This document shows positions 51,310-61,253 of a stretch of 64,000 bases of DNA, piece by piece. The DNA comes from Escherichia coli. Lineage in GTDB: Bacteria; Pseudomonadota; Gammaproteobacteria; Enterobacterales; Enterobacteriaceae. Below the pieces are notes generated by a model. That model was not told where the DNA came from and ran no database searches. It was given only the letters and a program-made list of their open reading frames with translations. The translations under genes and the position numbers were made by a program. Location of the stretch: the NCBI RefSeq assembly GCF_024223415.1, contig NZ_CP100501.1; one strand, written 5' to 3'. The first letter of the stretch is position 1; each line of letters begins with the position of its first letter.

Positions 51310-52476
51310 TTATTGTTTCAGCATGTCGCTGATACTGTAGATGGCAGATATCATGTTAAGAATAAAAAAGAAGACAAAACCTCCTGATATACCAGTAATA
51401 ATTAATCCAATTCGTTTTACCCGTTTTTTTGCTTCCTCCAGCCACTGATCGGCATAGAGTGCCATGGTTGCCACACTGTCCTCCCTTTCGGAGTTCAGGA
51501 GCAGTTTATTGATGCATATTCTGGACGGAAAATCGTAACCGGAATTTCGCATTGCTGTGGCCAGATTCTGACCGGATAATACATGTTTTCGTATTGCCTG
51601 AATTCTCTCCTTTAACCATTTATTCTTTTCTGCACCTTTTTCCATTCGGAGCAGCGCCTGCGAAAGAGGAATATTAATCTGCAGCATGGATGAAATACTG
51701 AACAGATAATTCACCCCGTGTAAGGTCTGATACAGTGACCAGGGGGGAGCCTTGTCCAGCATCCTCCGGCCGGGGCCGGTATACCGGCTGAATGAAAAAC
51801 GGATCAGAAGCGTCAGGGCGAAAATGGTCCCACAGAGCCAGAATCCGTACCCGATGAAAAATTCCGACATGCCGGCAAGCAATTTCATCTGGAATGACCA
51901 TTTATCTTCTGAAGCAAACGCACTGACGATGGGGATGATACGGGTATGGGCGTTGTACATATTCACCACACAGAGCGAAAGCAGCAGAAGGGGGTAGAGG
52001 CAGACGGCAATGAGGCTGGATGTCATTTCCCGCCGGGCTTTAACGGTTCTGGCCACCTGGAAAAGGGCGTCGGCAATATTCCCGCGCTCTTCCCCGTTTC
52101 TGATTAACGTGGCTTCCTCCGGTGGCACCCAGGTGAACAGGGCACCGGATAACATGCCGCTGGCTTTGATGGACGCGATGCATTCTTTTGCCAGAAAATA
52201 CATGCCGGATGTGCCTTTCTTTTCACCAAAATCGGTTTCGATCTCGCAGAGAAATTCGAGGGCACGCAGGGACGGCGTTCCGTCACGTATCATGCCGCCC
52301 AGGGCTTCGTAGAACTCCACCCGGTTCAGGGCAAAGGTTTTTCTGGCCATCCAGATGGTCAGCGCTGTCAGCTCAATGTCGGTGCTGTTGAGTTTTTCCA
52401 GAAATTTCATATCAGTGCAGCAGCGTATAGCTGTCCTCATCGACGGGAGAGATGTAATGGGCCGCCAGCGGATCAA
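51310..52476 (-). CDS. pilR: PilR inner-membrane platform protein (GspF/PilC-like)
   Basis: 388-aa polytopic membrane protein directly downstream of the ATPase gene. Confidence 0.7.
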   Translation of the reverse strand: MIRWRPITSLPSMRTAIRCCTDMKFLEKLNSTDIELTALTIWMARKTFALNRVEFYEALGGMIRDGTPSLRALEFLCEIETDFGEKKGTSGMYFLAKECIASIKASGMLSGALFTWVPPEEATLIRNGEERGNIADALFQVARTVKARREMTSSLIAVCLYPLLLLSLCVVNMYNAHTRIIPIVSAFASEDKWSFQMKLLAGMSEFFIGYGFWLCGTIFALTLLIRFSFSRYTGPGRRMLDKAPPWSLYQTLHGVNYLFSISSMLQINIPLSQALLRMEKGAEKNKWLKERIQAIRKHVLSGQNLATAMRNSGYDFPSRICINKLLLNSEREDSVATMALYADQWLEEAKKRVKRIGLIITGISGGFVFFFILNMISAIYSISDMLKQ

Positions 52477-53920
52477 CCTGTCCGCTGTTGATTTTTCCCA
52501 GCAGATGCTGATTACGGGTCATTCCGCCCAGTTCCCGGTGCCAGTAGGTTCTGGCCTCGATACGCCCCTTTTCCCGGTACAACTGGAAAAAACGCGCATC
52601 CGGGGAGATAACTTCTGCGATCACCGTTCGCCCCGTCACGCCACGCCAGCAGTGCGGGCAGCCGTCATGGTTTCGCAGATATACCTGGTCCGGGTTACAG
52701 ACGCTTTCCACCAGGCGCCGTTCATCATCCGTGCGCTCGGTAGCCACCTCATGCCAGGGGCGACGGCAGTGCGGACATATCAGCTGAACCAGACGCTGGC
52801 TCAGCAGGCCAATGAACAGTTGCGGGTCGGCAATCATCCTGGCCTGTACCCCCTCCATCTCAAGACGTTCGAGGATGTTAATCGGGTCGTTCGCATGAAT
52901 GGTGGTCAGCATCAGATGGCCGGTCATGGCGGCTTTTATTGCCGTAATGGCGGAATCGTGGTCGCGGATTTCACCGTTCAGGATCCCGTCGGGGTCAAGA
53001 CGCAGTGCCGATTTGATGGAGTCCACCCAGCCCTGCGCGGTATCCATGACGGCGGTCTGAATGGCACCGGGTATACGGCCCTCTGGCGGGGATTCAATGG
53101 TGAACAGCCTGCGACGGGGCAGAAGAATACCGCCGGTATTGTTGAAGCCGTACTGTTCAAGGTACGCCGCAGAGGCGGTTCTCAGCGTGGTGGATTTTCC
53201 TGAGCCGGTGGGGCCTGAGAGCGTGATAATGCCTTCAGGGCGCTGCAGAATGCGGCGAAGAGTGCGCTCCTGGTCAGGGTGATAGCCCAGCATACTGAAG
53301 GTCGGGATTTGCTGACTGTCATCCTTGATCAGACGGAGCACAGCATAGAGGCCGCCCACACAGGGGTAGTGGGAGTAGCGTGCACCAAACAGACCGGCCA
53401 GTTTCAGATACTGCTCTGAAAGACGTGCATCCTGAGGCACCCCGGGATCAAACTGTGTGCCCTTGATAACATCGGTCATGCCGGAATAGGTGGCCCCCAG
53501 TAATTCGAGGCCTTCTTCTTTCCGGAGGATATCGAGCACTTCCAGTTCGCCGTGAACCCGGGCTTCCACATAGGTGAAGTCCGTGTTGTCTCGTCCCGGG
53601 GTCATATGAAGGTCTGAGGCACCAAGAGAGGCAGAATGGCGGATATAGCCGAGCATTTTTTGCTGTACCGGGTTAATGACGCTTTCATCACCGGCGGTTG
53701 TGGTGTCCTGTCTGAGGCGGGCTATCACATCCAGGGTGGTGAATTCAAAGTCTCCCACACGCCCCTGATGACGTGCGCGCAGGCGGGTCAGATATTCCTG
53801 GACGGCACGCAGATGTTTTTTTCCCTCCACGACCCTGACCCGCAGATGACCGGTTTTATCTGTGTCGATAGCCACATAATCCAGAATGTCATCCGGTGGC
53901 AGGTCTGCAGGATCCAACAT
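52412..53920 (-). CDS. pilQ: PilQ type IV pilus assembly ATPase (GspE/PilB family)
   Basis: Walker A SGPTGSGKST; tetra-Cys motif CPHC...CPHC. Confidence 0.8.
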   Translation of the reverse strand: MLDPADLPPDDILDYVAIDTDKTGHLRVRVVEGKKHLRAVQEYLTRLRARHQGRVGDFEFTTLDVIARLRQDTTTAGDESVINPVQQKMLGYIRHSASLGASDLHMTPGRDNTDFTYVEARVHGELEVLDILRKEEGLELLGATYSGMTDVIKGTQFDPGVPQDARLSEQYLKLAGLFGARYSHYPCVGGLYAVLRLIKDDSQQIPTFSMLGYHPDQERTLRRILQRPEGIITLSGPTGSGKSTTLRTASAAYLEQYGFNNTGGILLPRRRLFTIESPPEGRIPGAIQTAVMDTAQGWVDSIKSALRLDPDGILNGEIRDHDSAITAIKAAMTGHLMLTTIHANDPINILERLEMEGVQARMIADPQLFIGLLSQRLVQLICPHCRRPWHEVATERTDDERRLVESVCNPDQVYLRNHDGCPHCWRGVTGRTVIAEVISPDARFFQLYREKGRIEARTYWHRELGGMTRNQHLLGKINSGQVDPLAAHYISPVDEDSYTLLH

Positions 53921-54016
53921 AAGGCCTCCTTACGGGCAGCGGCGCCCGGAAAATATGTTTTCTGTTATTAAGCGAGGGAAATAATCAGTTCTTCTGCGGA
54001 GAGAATCTGGACATTT

Positions 54017-54691
54017 TCAGCACAGGCTTAACAGTGTAAAAATGATTACGCCTCCAAAAGCGAATAACAGGGGAATGTTTTTCTCCGGCTGTGTTGATCT
54101 CAGCGTTAATACCGGTGTGGCGAGAGCGTAAAAAATAATACCTGCGGTATAAATAAAATAAGGTGTGATGCCGGACAGATTACATACACTGGCGAATATC
54201 ATAAGCATGACGGCAACTACCGATAAAATAATGGAAGTATTCTTCCATTCACCAGATGGTGTAAGTGAAATGATATCGCCATCCTGTTTATAGTTCGTGT
54301 TCAGCTTCAGGAAATGACGGATATCTTTCAGCGTGTTCAGTTTCTGCTGGATCTCTTCCACAAGTTCCTGTCTGTCGGTTTTTTCACGGAGCAGCTGGAA
54401 TTTTGTCTCCCTCAGTACAGATATAATACGGTCCACCTGGCCGGGGGAGGGATAGTAATGATGTTCGAGCATCCACCGGATATCGGCGATTAACCGGTCA
54501 GTTACCGGTGTATTACCGTTGTTAATGAGAGGTGTTTCGTGCATCCACTGAAATATGCGGTAGATATGTTGCTTAACAAAAATAAAATCATCGGTGGTTT
54601 TATTCTCCAGCATGAGATATATCCCGTCGAGTGTTAATAATAAAACGTCCCGGGTGTGAGGTGATTTGTGATGTATTGTACGGAATATCAT
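54017..54691 (-). CDS. unassigned ORF between pilP and pilQ: soluble N-terminal domain of about 150 aa followed by two C-terminal TM helices
   Basis: 224-aa ORF, same strand as and close to neighbours; no pil homolog recognised. Confidence 0.45.
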   Translation of the reverse strand: MIFRTIHHKSPHTRDVLLLTLDGIYLMLENKTTDDFIFVKQHIYRIFQWMHETPLINNGNTPVTDRLIADIRWMLEHHYYPSPGQVDRIISVLRETKFQLLREKTDRQELVEEIQQKLNTLKDIRHFLKLNTNYKQDGDIISLTPSGEWKNTSIILSVVAVMLMIFASVCNLSGITPYFIYTAGIIFYALATPVLTLRSTQPEKNIPLLFAFGGVIIFTLLSLC

Positions 54692-54708
54692 TTCTGCACT
54701 GTAATCGT

Positions 54709-55263
54709 TTACGCAGGTGATATATCACACCAGAGTAAATACAGCGGAATGAAGCTGTAGAGTGACCAGAAAAGCCCGACGGGATCTTTTGCCCACAGGC
54801 ATAAGAATGTCAGTCCGGTGCACCATGCGCCGGCAAGTGCCGCGCATAATTCAGCGCCTCCGGAATTGCCGCTCTTCATCATATAACAGAGCGCGATCAG
54901 CAGTGGGATAATGAAGACGAGCGGCAGGACAAAGGATTCGGCTGCGGATATCCATTCCCGGTAACGCCAGCGGTCGTTTAATCTGTCGGCATCATATTTC
55001 AGACAGTTGCTCAGGAACGCCAGATCGTTCATGAGGGGGGCGTCCTGGCCATACTGCGCCGCGAGGCGCATTCTGGCACCCCACAACCGGGCACTCAGGG
55101 CACGGAGTTGTGCCGGGGTGACCTGTTTTCCCCGACAAAGTTGTACCTGTAATTGTGTTGCCTCGTGGACAATATCTGTGTGGTTCACCCCATATTCTGC
55201 AGCGGCTGTTTCCAGGTCACGGATGATCAGGCTGAGCCAGGATATCAGTTCACTGATGTTCAT
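54709..55263 (-). CDS. unassigned ORF between pilP and pilQ: soluble N-terminal domain of about 115 aa followed by C-terminal TM helices
   Basis: 184-aa ORF, 17 bp upstream of the next ORF; no pil homolog recognised. Confidence 0.45.
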   Translation of the reverse strand: MNISELISWLSLIIRDLETAAAEYGVNHTDIVHEATQLQVQLCRGKQVTPAQLRALSARLWGARMRLAAQYGQDAPLMNDLAFLSNCLKYDADRLNDRWRYREWISAAESFVLPLVFIIPLLIALCYMMKSGNSGGAELCAALAGAWCTGLTFLCLWAKDPVGLFWSLYSFIPLYLLWCDISPA

Positions 55264-55311
55264 TGTCGTTCATCCTTTTGTACGGACAGCCGCCTGTACT
55301 GGCGGCCGGTT

Positions 55312-55764
55312 TCATGGTCGCAGGGTTTTTCTGATGCCGGACTGCTCCAGTACCACACTGTCCGGTGTGATTTTCTCCACGAGATAAGGGGTTCCGGGGA
55401 TGTTCTGGCCCGTCTTCACATCGGTGATGTGTCCACCCGAAAGTTCTATCCGGGCGCTCAGCTGAGGCTGTACACCAAATATTTCTGTCAGACGGGGGGA
55501 TGTCGCCGTCGACGGGGCAGTCGGGATGGCGGACGTGCTTTCCTGCGGACGACCGGGCTCTGCGGGAATACCCTGCTCCAGCATGCGCAGTTCATGACGG
55601 ATTTTCTCTCTCGCCAGCATGGCTTCATACAGGGCTGTTTCGTCCTGTATCCGCTCAATCTGCAGTTGCCGGGGACTCTGTTCCTCTGCGTTTCCGGTTG
55701 TGGCCATTGCCGTTGCCGGTAACAGCAGCGCTGAAACCAGAAGGGCTTTTGTTTTAGCGTGCAT
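55312..55764 (-). CDS. pilP: PilP-like periplasmic protein
   Basis: 150-aa product with signal peptide MHAKTKALLVSALLLPATAMA; synteny after pilO. Confidence 0.6.
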   Translation of the reverse strand: MHAKTKALLVSALLLPATAMATTGNAEEQSPRQLQIERIQDETALYEAMLAREKIRHELRMLEQGIPAEPGRPQESTSAIPTAPSTATSPRLTEIFGVQPQLSARIELSGGHITDVKTGQNIPGTPYLVEKITPDSVVLEQSGIRKTLRP

Positions 55765-57049
55765 AATATTTACCTGTAAATTGATAGTGGAAACGACCGT
55801 TCTCCAGTTGTCGTGTGACAGAGATAAAACGGACAGAAGGCGCCTTCAGACGTTCAACCAGCTGGTATGCCGGGAGTAGCGTCTGTATCTGAAGGTCATA
55901 CTCTTTCCACGGAGGCTGGATAATATTTCCGTTTTCATCGGTGACGCTGTTACTGACCTCCTGCCAGTCCAGCGTCAGTGGCATTGACTGAGCAAGCGTG
56001 GTCAGTTGTTCTTGCAGGACAGAGCTTTCCGGCAGAGCATCAACGTCGACGGGATGTTCAGGCAGGCGGAAGCTGACTGGCAGGCCAATGCCGCCGGTCT
56101 TTCCTTCCGGCATCACAATAAAGGGGCGGGTGCCCGTCATATCACTGATGCGCCGGATGAAGTCAGTCACTGTCGCGCCAGCTGTATTAGTGTACGAGGC
56201 GCGAAGATTGCCGCTGCCGCCGTCAGTTGAACATTCAGCCAGCGAATAACGCCATCCGGAGGCAGACAGTGGCAGTGACGTCCATATGTCAGCACATCCC
56301 TGGATAAAGGCGTCGGTTTCGGGGAGTCCGGGCCAGGGGGGACTGATTTGTTCCTCTGTGACCTGTCGGGCAGCTGCTGCCTGCGCGGCTTGTTCAGTCT
56401 TCCACCGTTCATAATACTGCCAGCCGTACCATGCAGCGCCGAGAAGGGCGATGATCAGCGAGACAGTGATGAACTGCGCTCCCCGGGATACCGGATTCAG
56501 GCGCGCGGCAGCCGGATGTTTACCAGAGCCGGTCAGGGTGGACAGCGGCAGGGCCTGATTCTGATCGCCTGCTGAAAATGCCACCGGTTCATAGCGTGTC
56601 CAGTCCTGCTCCGGTTCGGTGTTGATGGAAAGAAAGGTATCCCGGGCTTCACGGACCTCTTCTCCGCTTCCCACCAGGTCACTGACGAGAACACCGTCGA
56701 CAGCGGAAACAAAGCTGTAGCGCGGTGTTTCTCCGGGTAACGTCAGTTCCGTGATGGCATAGCCGCCCTGTTCAAGCAGTGGCAGGATCAGCAGGGCGAG
56801 GGAGAAGCACTGACGGGGTTTTCCGGGCAGTATGCGGCGACTGGCTGTGGCCACCATGGTGTGGGTATCGGCATCTTCATTACTGAGATACTGACAGGCC
56901 AGGAAAAGGTCGGCTTTCTGTGCCCGGGCAAAGTCGCGGGCATGCCGGTACTGTGAGGGCAGTGTTTTCCATTCCAGACCGGCCAGAAACACATTGCGCC
57001 CTGCCGTCAGCGGAAACACCTGCCGCTCTGTCGGTGAAATATCCGTCAC
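55754..57049 (-). CDS. pilO: PilO-like pilus assembly protein
   Basis: 431-aa product with a central TM segment; synteny after pilN. Confidence 0.6.
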   Translation of the reverse strand: MTDISPTERQVFPLTAGRNVFLAGLEWKTLPSQYRHARDFARAQKADLFLACQYLSNEDADTHTMVATASRRILPGKPRQCFSLALLILPLLEQGGYAITELTLPGETPRYSFVSAVDGVLVSDLVGSGEEVREARDTFLSINTEPEQDWTRYEPVAFSAGDQNQALPLSTLTGSGKHPAAARLNPVSRGAQFITVSLIIALLGAAWYGWQYYERWKTEQAAQAAAARQVTEEQISPPWPGLPETDAFIQGCADIWTSLPLSASGWRYSLAECSTDGGSGNLRASYTNTAGATVTDFIRRISDMTGTRPFIVMPEGKTGGIGLPVSFRLPEHPVDVDALPESSVLQEQLTTLAQSMPLTLDWQEVSNSVTDENGNIIQPPWKEYDLQIQTLLPAYQLVERLKAPSVRFISVTRQLENGRFHYQFTGKYYAR

Positions 57050-57069
57050 GATCGTCCTCCTTGTGAAAA

Positions 57070-58689
57070 TCAGATGATATTGGGCGTGATCAGCACCACG
57101 AGAATGGTGTCGTCGTTTTCACTGTTGATCCCACCGCCAAGACCGAAGAATCCCGGCGTGCCTACACCCTGTTTTCCGCTGCGACGTCCTGACTGCTGGA
57201 AGCCACTGATAATGACCGTCTGCCCGGATTTCAGATCCACGGTCTGATTGATGGTTTTCAGATCCACATTCGGCAGCTGGGCTTTACTTCCACCGCTCTC
57301 ATAATTCTCAATAACTGGTTTGTCGGAGAGACTCATGGAATAGAGCAACTGCAGTGTCTGTGAGTCCGGGAGAATGAACGGCAGAAGGGTCATGTTAAAA
57401 CCGGTGGTGATGGTGGCCGCATTCAGGGAGGTGGATGAGCCGACATTGGCAGTGGTATCCGTCGTCACACTCTCGATGTAACTCTGCTGATTGGCGATCT
57501 GCATTGGCACCGGCGTCAGGTTTTTGGTGACGGCAGAGTTCTGGGTCACCACACTGACATCCCCCTGGGAAGACAATGCTTTCAGGAAGGCTTTTGAACC
57601 GGTGAGTTTACCGTCCACAATGGAAACACCACCTGTGATGGCATCACTGGCTGCACTGGTGAATGTGCTGCCGAGACTCAGTCCCAGCGTTCTGTCGCTG
57701 AAGACTGCGTTCCAGTCGATACCGGCCTGCTCATTGCGGGTTTTCCGGATACTCAGAATTTCCACATTCAGCACTACCTGACGTCTCATCTCTTCATTGC
57801 GTTTTTCAATGAATGCCCGGACCGTTTCCAGAACCTGTGGATTATCTGTGACGGTGATAAAGCCCGTGGACATGAACATGCGTCCGATACCCGGGGTCAG
57901 CATTGATGTGACCGCATTTTTCACATCCTGATACAGCGCAGACTTCATATCCACGGTGGTGGTCTGGGTATTGCTGGCATCACCGGAAATGGCATCTGAT
58001 GCACTGCCTCCTGATGAGCCGTTTGAGGACATGGTGCCGCTGACCACAGTGGCGTTATAGGTCACCTGACTGTCCATATAAGTGATGGGGAAGGTCTGTG
58101 TCTCGAGATAATAGAAGATGATATGCGAGCCGTCATAGCGCCAGGATATACCGAGACGGGAGGAGACCGCATTCAGCAGGGTCGTCAGGCCGGAGGCATT
58201 CAGTTCAGACAGTGCTGCGGTATTTCCCGGCAGACGGGATGATGGCGTGTCAGATGCGCCAATGGCGGCAAGGGGAACCATGCCGCTTGCATCCGGTGGG
58301 GGTAACGCGCCCTGGATTTGTTGTGTGCTGCCGGTTGTGGATGTATTCAGGTATGTCAGTACATCAGGTGTGATCCGTACAGGAATATGGCAGCTTTCCG
58401 TGATCCGCTGAACCACCTGCTGAAGGGTGATGCTCTGACGGGTATGAATGACAATGGGACAACCGGGAACGGTTTTGCCGGTGTTTTTATCCATGACCGG
58501 ACGGGGATTGATCCATTGTCGTGATGATTCCTTAACAACCGGCGTCCGGGTTCGCAGATCAGACATCATTTCCCGTGCCCGTTGTTGTTCCGCAACGGCT
58601 TCCTTTCTTGTGCTCTCAAGCTCTCTGTAACTGGCACAGCCCTGTAACAGAGCGGCGGCAATCATAATGGCAAGAATTTTTTTATTCAT
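57070..58689 (-). CDS. pilN: PilN secretin-family outer-membrane lipoprotein
   Basis: Lipobox LLQGC; 539 aa; C-terminal region resembles secretin domains. Confidence 0.7.
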   Translation of the reverse strand: MNKKILAIMIAAALLQGCASYRELESTRKEAVAEQQRAREMMSDLRTRTPVVKESSRQWINPRPVMDKNTGKTVPGCPIVIHTRQSITLQQVVQRITESCHIPVRITPDVLTYLNTSTTGSTQQIQGALPPPDASGMVPLAAIGASDTPSSRLPGNTAALSELNASGLTTLLNAVSSRLGISWRYDGSHIIFYYLETQTFPITYMDSQVTYNATVVSGTMSSNGSSGGSASDAISGDASNTQTTTVDMKSALYQDVKNAVTSMLTPGIGRMFMSTGFITVTDNPQVLETVRAFIEKRNEEMRRQVVLNVEILSIRKTRNEQAGIDWNAVFSDRTLGLSLGSTFTSAASDAITGGVSIVDGKLTGSKAFLKALSSQGDVSVVTQNSAVTKNLTPVPMQIANQQSYIESVTTDTTANVGSSTSLNAATITTGFNMTLLPFILPDSQTLQLLYSMSLSDKPVIENYESGGSKAQLPNVDLKTINQTVDLKSGQTVIISGFQQSGRRSGKQGVGTPGFFGLGGGINSENDDTILVVLITPNII

Positions 58690-58719
58690 GGGAGATCCGT
58701 GATTTATTCAGATTCGTGA

Positions 58720-59157
58720 CTAATTCATCCAGAGGATGACGTGATCGGGGATCACTGACGGAAGTGTGATGGAAAGCGCTCTGCCGGCAGTGTCCAGCAG
58801 TCGGCCGTTTTCCACCCTGCCGAGCAGAGCAGAGTCATGACTCTGTTCCCTGAGGGCGGCCATCAGGCCCGGGGTTTCTGTGGCCCAGACAAAAACATGT
58901 TGCTGGCTGATGATATGACTGACGGTATCCGTCCCGGGAAGCCCGAGCTGAGCGGATGTCAGCCGACCGCCGGCAGTCCGTCGTTCCGGATGCAGGTACA
59001 GGTAATCATTGATGGCGTTCATATAACGAATGAACGTTGCAGCCTGTTGTGAGGTTTCTGCTGCCTGGTGACGGTGTTCGCTGCGGGAGAGCTGACTGCT
59101 GAACCAGAAATTGCCTGTGGTCGTGATGACCATGATGAACACGATGAACCAGCCCAT
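58720..59157 (-). CDS. pilM: PilM-like protein
   Basis: 145-aa product with N-terminal TM anchor; synteny. Confidence 0.55.
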   Translation of the reverse strand: MGWFIVFIMVITTTGNFWFSSQLSRSEHRHQAAETSQQAATFIRYMNAINDYLYLHPERRTAGGRLTSAQLGLPGTDTVSHIISQQHVFVWATETPGLMAALREQSHDSALLGRVENGRLLDTAGRALSITLPSVIPDHVILWMN

Positions 59158-59161
59158 AAGG

Positions 59162-60232
59162 TTATTCCTGCGGACGGTCTGTCACCCGCAGCAGACATTG
59201 TGCTGTACTGGTCCGGGCATACAGCGGTTTTTCTGCCGGGGTGTAGAGTGCGAAGAGCTGCTCCAGCGCCTGGCGGAAACTGCCGGTGAAAACCAGAGGG
59301 GCATCGATGCTGTAGTTGACGGGCGTTTCCCAGCGCAGCGTCCAGGTGCCGTGGGGACATTTTTCGGATGATGTCCAGCGGGCCAGTCCGTCTTTCAGGG
59401 TGGTCCCCTTTTCCATTTTCCACTGCCGTGGCGGTATGACCTTCTGCGGTGGTGGCACTACTGGTTTCGTGGCCACCGGGGCTGGCGTGGTTGTTCTGCT
59501 CTCTGGTGTTCCGGATGTCCCGGTGGTGGTCTGAGCCCGGGAAACGCTGACGGCAGGTGTCCCATGTGTCGGGCCTGCCGGCGTTGCGGTGCTGCCCCTG
59601 AACGGATTACGCGGTGTATCTGCTGCTTTCTGTGAACCCTGCGGTGCCGTGACGTCGACCGGCGGTGTTGCAGTGGTCGTGACAGTCAGTATTTTCCGGC
59701 TCCAGTCCATATGTCCGTAAAGCTGCTGGCCGGCCAGCAGCGCATTCAGTGCCCGGTGCCACTGGTCATTAACGGACCAGACGGGGAGGCGTTTGTTCAG
59801 TGCCGGTGTGGCGGCATTCTGCTGGCGGAACTGCCAGCCGGTTGGCAGCAGCTGGCGTATCCAGTCACTGACGGAGCGCTGACGTGCTTCACGTAAATAA
59901 ACGACGGATGAGGGACCGGGCTTACCGGTCATAACCAGTGCGGGCAGCTGTGTGGCCTGAAGGAGTGGGCGGGGAGGCAGTGCGGTACTCTGGCTGCTGA
60001 CAGTGGTTGAGGGTGTCGCCGTTGTTGTCGGACGGGGCGGTGTCACAGGGCGGGTCACCGGTGGCGGAAGCAGACGTTTTTGCGTATGGGCGATAATGGC
60101 AGCGCTTTCGCGAATTTGTCCGTCGACGAACACCAGAGCCGGAGGCGTGGTGTCAGGAACAGGCGTGGAATTAAATGCCGTACAGCCGCTGAGTAATGAC
60201 GGCAGAAGGAGTGTAAGTGATTTCTTTTGCAT
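59162..60232 (-). CDS. pilL: PilL lipoprotein with Pro/Thr-rich linker
   Basis: Lipobox LLSGC; 356 aa; first gene of the pilL-pilV block. Confidence 0.65.
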   Translation of the reverse strand: MQKKSLTLLLPSLLSGCTAFNSTPVPDTTPPALVFVDGQIRESAAIIAHTQKRLLPPPVTRPVTPPRPTTTATPSTTVSSQSTALPPRPLLQATQLPALVMTGKPGPSSVVYLREARQRSVSDWIRQLLPTGWQFRQQNAATPALNKRLPVWSVNDQWHRALNALLAGQQLYGHMDWSRKILTVTTTATPPVDVTAPQGSQKAADTPRNPFRGSTATPAGPTHGTPAVSVSRAQTTTGTSGTPESRTTTPAPVATKPVVPPPQKVIPPRQWKMEKGTTLKDGLARWTSSEKCPHGTWTLRWETPVNYSIDAPLVFTGSFRQALEQLFALYTPAEKPLYARTSTAQCLLRVTDRPQE

Positions 60233-60353
60233 AGAATATAATCCGGTATATTACGGGTTACGGTATAAGACAGGTGGCGGGTAACTGGCCTTCAGATGAA
60301 TATCATTTCATCGGGTTATTGATGATGAACCTTAAAAATCACAGAGGTGATGC

Positions 60354-60749
60354 ATGATAAAGAAGATGTGGCGTTATTTACGGCAAATTGATAAGTATGA
60401 ATTGCTGCAGCAGGTGATTTCAGTACATGAAGTGGAACTGCTCAGGAAAATGATGACAGATTCATTATTAGGGTGCTCAGTAGGATATGTGTTTTCGAAA
60501 ATACTGAAGATATCCTTTCTGCGTTTTATTCAGTCTGAGGGGGGATGGGATATTATTACTTACTTTTTGTGGATGCTGGGAATACTTATTGTCATGGCCG
60601 CGCTGTTTATCTGGATGTGCGCCGCTGTATGCTATGAGCTTCGGATGTATAAAATAAAAACAGGAAGGGAGAACGATATATTATTCTGGGTGTGGATTCT
60701 TCTTTTTGATGTCGCGGTTGTATTTTCGCTGGGTAATGTTATCTGGTGA
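60354..60749 (+). CDS. hypothetical membrane protein (AT-rich module, plus strand)
   Basis: 131-aa ORF with GAGG Shine-Dalgarno; short soluble N-terminus plus TM helices; convergent with the next ORF. Confidence 0.4.
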   Translation: MIKKMWRYLRQIDKYELLQQVISVHEVELLRKMMTDSLLGCSVGYVFSKILKISFLRFIQSEGGWDIITYFLWMLGILIVMAALFIWMCAAVCYELRMYKIKTGRENDILFWVWILLFDVAVVFSLGNVIW

Positions 60750-61181
60750 TTATGGGTTCAGTGACATATGGAAAAAGATAAGTGCGAACATTGATACTGA
60801 AGAATAATATATCCAGGAATAGAAAAACATGAATTTCGGAGATGGTTTCTTCTGTCTCCTGTTTTTCAGGGGAGTCTGTGGGTCAAATGTTATCAGCGTC
60901 ATTAAAGGATACCCTTTCATAAGAATAAAAATATAGACGCATAAATGAGCGTAAAGAGGTAACCTGTCCTGCCAGAACAGAATCATCATGATGACGGCAA
61001 GATGAAATGTCGTTACATTGATATAATAAAACCAGCTGTATTTACGCAGATACTGTTGGATATTCACGCTGTCAGCATGCGGTTCTGGTGAACAATTTAT
61101 GCAAAAACAGAAGAAAGAAATGATGATGAACACGGTCAGAGTGACCGGTAATACAGTCACAAGCAGAAAGAGTATGGACAT
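60750..61181 (-). CDS. hypothetical polytopic membrane protein (AT-rich module)
   Basis: 143-aa strongly hydrophobic product; GGAG upstream; 3-prime end touches the preceding ORF. Confidence 0.4.
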   Translation of the reverse strand: MSILFLLVTVLPVTLTVFIIISFFCFCINCSPEPHADSVNIQQYLRKYSWFYYINVTTFHLAVIMMILFWQDRLPLYAHLCVYIFILMKGYPLMTLITFDPQTPLKNRRQKKPSPKFMFFYSWIYYSSVSMFALIFFHMSLNP

Positions 61182-61253
61182 AAAAATATCTCCGTCAGGA
61201 TAGTGTGATTATTCCTTTATGGTTCCATAACCCGGCGTAGCTCCGTCGACTGG

